A DNA stretch of 64,000 nt from an uncultured delta proteobacterium (lineage in GTDB: Bacteria > Myxococcota_A > Polyangia > Polyangiales > Houyiibacteriaceae). The first letter of the stretch is position 1. The number at the start of each line of letters is the position of its first letter. The stretch is taken from the NCBI GenBank assembly GCA_963699755.1, contig CAVOVB010000001.1, positions 288,001-352,000 on the forward strand, written 5' to 3'. Shown piece by piece: positions 57,681-64,000 of the stretch. The notes under the pieces are model-generated. The model made no database searches. It saw nothing but the letters and a program-made list of their open reading frames with translations, and was not told the origin of the DNA. The position numbers and the translations under genes were made by a program.

Positions 57681-59377
57681 GCGACGAGTCGCAGTTGGAG
57701 CTTGGCGCCGGCGCCAAAGAAGCGATTCGCCAAGAGGTTGCGGAGAAGATCACAGGGCTACCGTCTCGCAGACTCTATGGGACGTTCGCGGGAGTCTTTA
57801 CACCTACGCTGCTGACCATCCTGGGCGTCATCATGTACCTGCGGGAAGGCTGGGTTGTCGGGAACGCGGGACTGCTCGGCGCCTGTGCGATCATCCTCTT
57901 CTCCTATCTCATCACCATATCGACCGGCCTGCCCCTCGCGTCGATCACCACGAACATTCGAATTGGCGCGGGTGAAGCTTTCTCGGTGATTTCCCAATCA
58001 TCCGGCGCTTGTCGTCGATCTAACCATCTTCGCGGTGCTCGTAAGCATTGCCCTCGTCAGTGCCGGTCTCGCGCTCAAGGTGCAGTACGTAATCCTGGTC
58101 ATCGTCATTGGTTCGCTGGTTTCCGTAGCCGCCGATGGCGGCGTGGCTCCACCCGACCATCCAATCGAGTGGTGGGGCGACCTTCCCCTCCGCCCTCGCC
58201 TCCTTGGTGGGCGCCCCGCGAATCCTCCAGGCCTTGGCCGACCACGAGATCCTACCCGCGAGCAAATGGCTCTCGCGCCGTTCCCTCTCGGGTGAGCCAC
58301 GGAACGCGATGCTCATGACCGTCGGCATTGTCTTCGTTGCCCTCATGCTGCGCCGGCTCAACATCATAGCGCAACTCATCACGATGTTCTTCCTGATCAC
58401 CTATGCGATGATCAACGTCGTTTTGCTGATCGAGCAGAGCCTCGGCCTCGTGAGCTTTCGACCACTCCTACGGATCCCGCGCGTCGTATCGCTGATCGGT
58501 GCTGCTGGATGCATTCTCGCGATGTTCGTCGTGAACCCGACGTTCGCGCTGGTCGCGGTGGTTGCCGTCTTTGCGGTACACGCATATCTCGTTCGCAAAC
58601 GTCTTCGGACAGCGCACGGCGATGTGCGAAGCGCCCTCTTCGTCGCTTCCGCAGAGTGGGCAGCGAGAAAGGTCGCAGCGATGACCGGTTCCGAGCGAGC
58701 CTGGAAGGCCAACCTTCTCGTCCCAATCGAAGAGCCTCAGGAAATCGAACGCGTCTACGATTTGCTTCGCGACTTGGACGGCTCTGCAGCTTTCGAGCTA
58801 CGCAGATAACCTGGTTACGGGCATGGAAGCCTTGCGTGGGGCGTTCTTACACTCCAGCCTCGTTTTTCTGCGCATGGCTCTCATCGACACCGGTCGCGAG
58901 GCACAGCTCGCGCGGATCATTTCCGATGCGGAGCGGCAGGGGCTCGGCATTTGGCTCTACACTCCTGGGCCGGTTGGCGTCCCGCAACTCGGGCCGATCC
59001 ATCTGCTGCTCGATCGGCCCGAGGACGGCTGGGAAATCGGCCTCGATCTGGGCGACGCGGACCTCGCGCTACTGGTCGCTTACAAGCTGACACAGAACAG
59101 AAACCAGGAGCTGGTGCTGATTGCAAGACTCGACGAGGATACGGAGCGCGCCCAGGCTCTCGCGTAACTCAAGTCCGTCGCAGAATTGGCGCGGATCCCC
59201 GAGGCCAAGCTTCGTACGGAGACGCCGAACGATGAGCCGCCGGAGCTCGCACCATCGATCACGGTCTTCGTCCTCCGTCTACCGCCGAACCTGTCGGATC
59301 TCAGAGAGCGGGCAACACGAGCAGCGTCGCCGTGTCTTTTCGCGCTCGATTCGGGCCGGGAGAACGCCCTCGCGTGA
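57677..59377 (+). pseudogene. cation-chloride cotransporter-like (SLC12/APC) permease, fragmented
   Basis: YGTFAGVFTPTLLTILGVIMYLR, SLVGAPRILQAL, MFFLITY, WKANLLVP spread over several frames; stops at 58809 and 59167. Confidence 0.8.
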
Positions 59378-59521
59378 CGCGAATCTCACTCTCGGCCCGC
59401 GAGCAATTCGACATGCCTCTTCGAAGCGCGCGATTGGCCCATAGGACCCAGGCTAGAATGCCCTGCTTCGCCGAGGCCTAGTTGTCCGGTCGGGAGTTGA
59501 ATCCAACGCTTGGTATCGATC

Positions 59522-60904
59522 TCAACCTGCGATGAGCGGAAGCAAGGCAGTTGCGAAGCTGAGCACCAAGAAGAAACCGCACATGTCGGTCACCGTCGTC
59601 AGGATCGGACCCGATGCGAGCGCGGGGTCGAACTGCATGCTGCGTAGGAACAGGGGAACCAGGCCTCCGAGCGAGACGGAGACGATGGTATTGACCGCCA
59701 ACGCGAGGCCGATGACGAGGCTCAAGTAGATATTGCCTTTCCAGAAGTATGCAGCCAGACCGAGGAGCGTACCCAATACGAGCGAGTTGATGAGACCGAC
59801 CGTAAGCTCTTTGCGCCAAACGCGGAACGCATCGGACGGACGAATGAGCCCCAGCGTGATCTCGCGCATACTGACGGCGATCGCCTGATTCCCCGAGCAG
59901 CCGCTCATGTCGGAGATGATCGGAAGGAACACGGCGAGCACGATCACCGCCGCGAGCGTCTCTTGATAGAGTGCAATGACGCTTGCGGCCACGATGTTGA
60001 GCACGATGTTGATGCTGAGCCAGGACAAGCGGTGCCAGGCGCGGGTGAGAGTCGGCATCGTGCGAAGCTCTTCCCCGCCAACGATGCCCTGCGCCTTGAG
60101 GTGATCGCTCGCCTCGCGCTCGCCCACCGCTTCCGCGACGTCCGCGTGACGCACGACGCCGACGAGCCGACCCGCGCGATCGGTCACGGGAACGCCACGG
60201 TAGGCGCGCGTGGCGAAGAAATCGCGAAGAGTGGCGAGCGGGGCTTGCACCGGGACGACTTCCATGGCCGTGATCATGATCTGCTCGACCGGGGTCCGCT
60301 CCGAGGTCAGCACCAGGTCTCGCAACCTCAGCACGCCTTTCAGGATGCCGGTCGTGTCGGTGACGTAAATGTACTGCACGTCGTGGCGCTGATAACGCTC
60401 CGTGTTCCGGCGAAGATCTTCGAGCACCTCTCCCACCGTGACCTCGTGAGGGAAACTGAGATACTCCGTAATCATGATCGCGCCGGCGGTACCCTCCGGG
60501 TACTGCGCAAGACGCTCCGCGTCCGCTGCCTCGGCGGGAGGCATCTGCTCCAAGATCGCTTGGGCTTCATCGTCCGGAAGGTTCGATATGAGGTCGGCCT
60601 GCTCGTTGCTCGGTAGCTGCGCGACAATTTCCGCCGCCTTGTCCGAATCGAGCTCACCCAACACGTCCGTGGCCTGAGCCTCCGGGATGCTCTCCATCAG
60701 GGCGCCGCTGGTCGCGGGCTCCAGCATCTCGAGGAGGCGCGCGCTCTCTTCGTTGCCGAGCAAGCTCATGACACGTGGCAGATCTTCCGAAGGGACCGTG
60801 TCCACGAAGGCTTGTGCGGCAGGGCGATCTTGCGCGTTGATGAGGCTTCGCAACATCTCCCATGGTGGCGGCGGATCCTCGGTTGAATCGTCGGTCTGGG
60901 TCAT
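59522..60904 (-). CDS. mgtE: magnesium transporter MgtE
   Basis: N-terminal helical repeat, CBS pair, MSGCSGNQ, DPALASGPILTTVTD. Confidence 0.93.
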   Translation of the reverse strand: MTQTDDSTEDPPPPWEMLRSLINAQDRPAAQAFVDTVPSEDLPRVMSLLGNEESARLLEMLEPATSGALMESIPEAQATDVLGELDSDKAAEIVAQLPSNEQADLISNLPDDEAQAILEQMPPAEAADAERLAQYPEGTAGAIMITEYLSFPHEVTVGEVLEDLRRNTERYQRHDVQYIYVTDTTGILKGVLRLRDLVLTSERTPVEQIMITAMEVVPVQAPLATLRDFFATRAYRGVPVTDRAGRLVGVVRHADVAEAVGEREASDHLKAQGIVGGEELRTMPTLTRAWHRLSWLSINIVLNIVAASVIALYQETLAAVIVLAVFLPIISDMSGCSGNQAIAVSMREITLGLIRPSDAFRVWRKELTVGLINSLVLGTLLGLAAYFWKGNIYLSLVIGLALAVNTIVSVSLGGLVPLFLRSMQFDPALASGPILTTVTDMCGFFLVLSFATALLPLIAG

Positions 60905-60935
60905 CGCCGGCAGCTATCACCAAGCGGTGGGGAAG

Positions 60936-61805
60936 TCACGGCTCCGAACGAGTCGCTACCCGCGCAAGCTTCTCGGTGGCCCTCCAGGCCTCGGGGGATT
61001 CGATCAGGATGGAGCCCGGCCGCTGTTGCTTGGCCCGATACATGAGGGCGTCTGCTTCTCTCAGCAGGTCATCCGAGCTCGCGGTTCCTCCGGAAAAGAC
61101 GACGGCGCCAATGCTGGCCGTGACTCCGACTTCCGCAGCGCTGCGAAGGCTACCTAGCGTAGCCGAGAGTGCCGTCTGAATACGCTCCAGAGCCAGTGTC
61201 GCTTGCGCTTCATCGGTCTCGCTGAGAACGATCGCGAACTCATCTCCGCCGAGCCTTCCGGTGGCGTCGTTGGACCTCAACGTAGTGGCGAGCTTCAGGC
61301 CGACCTCTCGCAAGACTAGGTCGCCGGTGGCATGGCCAAAGCGATCGTTGATCGTCTTGAAGCGGTCGAGGTCCAAGTACGCCAGCGTGAACGCGCGACC
61401 CGTACGCTGAGACCTCGAACGCTCGCGCTCGAGTAGCTCCGCGAATGCCCGTAGATTGTAGAGACCCGTCTGAGCGTCGGTCCTAGCAAGCGCGCGCTCT
61501 CGGTCGAGCAGAGCTCGAACGCGTTGGAGCACAAGCGCCGCAAAGATGAAGATGATCAGTCGGGCGATAGCATTCCAAACGCCAATAGCCGGATGGCTGT
61601 ACACATGGCTCGATACGTCGGCGGAATACCAGAGGACGGCCGAAAGCAGGGCAGCGACCAACGAAGCGCTCAGGCTCGCCCGCCAAGCCAGAAGCCCCAC
61701 GGGCAAGAGATAGAAGACGGAGAAGGAGATCTCGTGACCGGTCCAGTAGTCGAGCGCCGCGATCACCGCGATGCCGGCGAACGCGAGTGTCAAGATTGTC
61801 TTCAT
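60936..61805 (-). CDS. membrane-bound diguanylate cyclase
   Basis: N-terminal TM segments; DLDRFKTIND, RSND I-site, GGDEF. Confidence 0.92.
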   Translation of the reverse strand: MKTILTLAFAGIAVIAALDYWTGHEISFSVFYLLPVGLLAWRASLSASLVAALLSAVLWYSADVSSHVYSHPAIGVWNAIARLIIFIFAALVLQRVRALLDRERALARTDAQTGLYNLRAFAELLERERSRSQRTGRAFTLAYLDLDRFKTINDRFGHATGDLVLREVGLKLATTLRSNDATGRLGGDEFAIVLSETDEAQATLALERIQTALSATLGSLRSAAEVGVTASIGAVVFSGGTASSDDLLREADALMYRAKQQRPGSILIESPEAWRATEKLARVATRSEP

Positions 61806-62004
61806 GCCCCTCCCCGGGCCTGGATTCTACGTTGGTTGCGCGAGGGGTTGCGACCTTTTGACCCAGGGGGGGTCAGACGCGACAGGCCTGCTGCCACAGC
61901 GAAGTCACTGGCGTCGTGGCGCAGTCATTTCGCCACCCTTTCACCAAGATGCAATGCCTGCGCCCCCCCGCCCGAGAAACCCCAGAAAAAATGACGCCCG
62001 CACT

Positions 62005-62020
62005 CGGCATGGTCCTTGCT
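62005..62020 (+). promoter_or_regulatory. sigma54 -24/-12 promoter
   Basis: CGGCATGGTCCTTGCT (GG-N10-GC) before the AAGGAG RBS. Confidence 0.6.
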
Positions 62021-62047
62021 TTCTCTTCAAAAAGGAGCTGTGCTGTC

Positions 62048-64000
62048 ATGCGTTACGTGAGTGGGTGTGTTTATGTGCTTGCACTAGGCGTCGTGACCAT
62101 CATCGGCTGCACGACTGATAGCCCGCTGGCCCCTCCACCAGAGTGTACGGGCTTCGAGGCCCGGCGTGAGGCTTTCTTCGATGCAACCATCGAGGCCGAC
62201 ACGCAGAACACGTACTCCGAGATCATGCGCCTTGCGAAGGGAGTCGCACCGGACGAGTCCAAGATCCAGTTCGACCTCGATCGATTGGTCAGCCGCGAAG
62301 ACACCTCGGATTTCAAGCTCCCGGCCCTGCTCTGGATGATGTACGAGTACTCCGACTCGGAGCTGTTGAGCGCCGAGATTCTGGCGAACGCAAGGAGCAC
62401 GCTCCTTCAGCACAAGTTCTGGCCGGATGAGCGGCTCAACGAGCCGGACCCGGAAAAGACCGACAGCATGGTCTACGTCACGGAGAACCATTTCATCTTG
62501 TACGCCAGTAGCGGATACTTGGCGGGGCAGCTCTATCCGGACGAGGTGTTTGCCGCGAGCGGCGAAACGGGCGCCAAGAAGATGGAAACGTTCCGGCCTC
62601 GAGTCATGCGCTGGCTCGAGCTCCGCTACAAGTCCGGCTTTAGCGAATGGCTTTCGAACGTTTACTACGACGAGGACATCCCGGGCCTCGTCGCCTTGGT
62701 CGAGCTTGCTGAGGACGAGGAGATCAGCACGCTGGCGAAGATGGTGCTGGACTTGATCGCTGCGGACATGGCCCTGAACCAGTACGCGGGGGCGTTCGGG
62801 AGCACCCACGGACGAACCTACGAGCAGAAGATGGGTGGCTCTCGCGACAGCACCCGCTCGACGTTCAAGCTGCTGTTCGATCTCAACGAGTTCAGCCCGG
62901 GGAACATGAGCTCGTCGGCGCTCGCGCTGAGCACGAAGTACCAGCCGCCGTGCGTGGTCTACGATATCGCGCGTGATGTGGATAGAGAAGAGATGGAAAA
63001 CCGCCAGCGGATGGGCATCAAACTCGGAGAAGCCGAAAGCTGGGGCCTCGATACCGGACGATTCGAGGATGGCATGACGTTCATGACGCTCGAGGCTTAC
63101 ACGCACCCGCTCACGATTGGCCTCTGGGTCGACATGCTCAATGCCTACGGGTGGTGGGCGCACGATGACTATAGGCTGTTCGAGCCCTTCCGCACCGTGC
63201 TCGAGGACGAGGAGACACGGCTGGCGCTCGCCGAGGCCACCGAGAAGGACATCACCCGGAACATGCGTCCTGAGGTGAACATCTACACCTACCGGACCCC
63301 GAGCTACATGCTCAGCACCGCACAGGACTGGCGCAAAGGCTACGGCGGAGATCAGCAATCGATCTGGCAAGCCACCTTGGGGATGGATGCGGTGGCCTTC
63401 ACGACACATCCGGCGAAGGAGGACTGGGGTGGTGATACGCCGCGCTATTGGACTGGGTACGGAACGATGCCGCGCGCGATTCAGGTGAAGAACGTCGTCC
63501 TCTCGCTCTACGACGTCGACATCACAGCCGTGATTTACGTCCCCGATCAGCCGCTCTATAGCCATGCGTTTCTCGACAAGAGCCAGTTCGACGAAGCCTA
63601 CAAAGAGGGAGGCTGGTTCTTCGCGCGCCACGGGGATGGATACCTCGCGCTCTGGACCTCTGATCCGGACGCGGATTGGGAAACAAACGACGACCCGGAA
63701 CACCAGGATCTCGGAGACCACGAGATCATCGCGCAGGGCGGGAAGACGGTTTGGATTTGCGAGCTCGGGAGCGCCTCCGAATACGCTGACTTCGCAGCCT
63801 TCAAGGGTGCGATCCTAGCTGCTAAGCTGAACGTCGACGCCGAAGCCCTGACCGTCGACTACGAGTCCCCGTCGCAGCGGCGCCTCGTCATGGCCTGGGA
63901 TGGGCCGCTGACGCAGGACGGCATACCGGTCGAAGTGAGCGACTATCCCCGCTACGCAAACCCATACAGCGCGTCTCCTTTCCGCGATGACGTCATCTCG
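62048..64000 (+). CDS. large lipoprotein of an uncharacterised family (possibly heparinase/lyase-like fold), truncated at the window end
   Basis: absent from the ORF track because it runs off the end; MRYVSGCVYVLALGVVTIIGC lipobox; TENHFIL, GFSEWLSNVYYDED, GSTHGRTY, YRTPSYMLS, QQSIWQATL. Confidence 0.8.
   Translation, partial: MRYVSGCVYVLALGVVTIIGCTTDSPLAPPPECTGFEARREAFFDATIEADTQNTYSEIMRLAKGVAPDESKIQFDLDRLVSREDTSDFKLPALLWMMYEYSDSELLSAEILANARSTLLQHKFWPDERLNEPDPEKTDSMVYVTENHFILYASSGYLAGQLYPDEVFAASGETGAKKMETFRPRVMRWLELRYKSGFSEWLSNVYYDEDIPGLVALVELAEDEEISTLAKMVLDLIAADMALNQYAGAFGSTHGRTYEQKMGGSRDSTRSTFKLLFDLNEFSPGNMSSSALALSTKYQPPCVVYDIARDVDREEMENRQRMGIKLGEAESWGLDTGRFEDGMTFMTLEAYTHPLTIGLWVDMLNAYGWWAHDDYRLFEPFRTVLEDEETRLALAEATEKDITRNMRPEVNIYTYRTPSYMLSTAQDWRKGYGGDQQSIWQATLGMDAVAFTTHPAKEDWGGDTPRYWTGYGTMPRAIQVKNVVLSLYDVDITAVIYVPDQPLYSHAFLDKSQFDEAYKEGGWFFARHGDGYLALWTSDPDADWETNDDPEHQDLGDHEIIAQGGKTVWICELGSASEYADFAAFKGAILAAKLNVDAEALTVDYESPSQRRLVMAWDGPLTQDGIPVEVSDYPRYANPYSASPFRDDVIS

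Noticed and set aside
61860..61876. Hairpin TGACCC-AGGG-GGGTCA as a c-di-GMP riboswitch
   Set aside because: A single short stem without the recognisable two-stem riboswitch architecture.
62084..63721. 545-aa minus-strand ORF
   Set aside because: Antisense shadow of the + strand lipoprotein, which has the RBS, lipobox and promoter.

Overview
GC-rich bacterial window. Its gene repertoire (Ser/Thr kinase, many Gly-linker lipoproteins, TonB-fused receptor, sigma54 promoters) suggests a Myxococcota/Polyangiales-like organism; this is an inference. About 50 CDS are present, and no rRNA, tRNA, CRISPR array or recognisable mobile element was seen. Main candidates for a second look: (1) a ferrosome (fez)-like locus at 42.7-47.8 kb, where FezA-like and FezC-like genes flank an HMA2-fused P2A (Ca2+-type) ATPase that is translationally coupled to a MetK paralogue keeping triphosphate/metal ligands but lacking methionine-binding residues; (2) a His-rich leader ORF ending in a RAPP arrest motif upstream of a TonB-dependent receptor; (3) a four-gene C39-peptidase/ATP-grasp/GCS2/amidohydrolase operon; (4) a sigma54-driven VIT-vWA GSEP-CTERM protein with an apparently split exosortase K; (5) purE-purK-small ORF-icd divergent from a winged-HTH regulator with a palindromic operator; (6) an orphan C-A-T-TE NRPS; (7) an exact 729-bp tandem repeat in a surface lipoprotein. 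Many genes are frameshifted or internally deleted. Family assignments come from motif recognition by eye, not from database searches.
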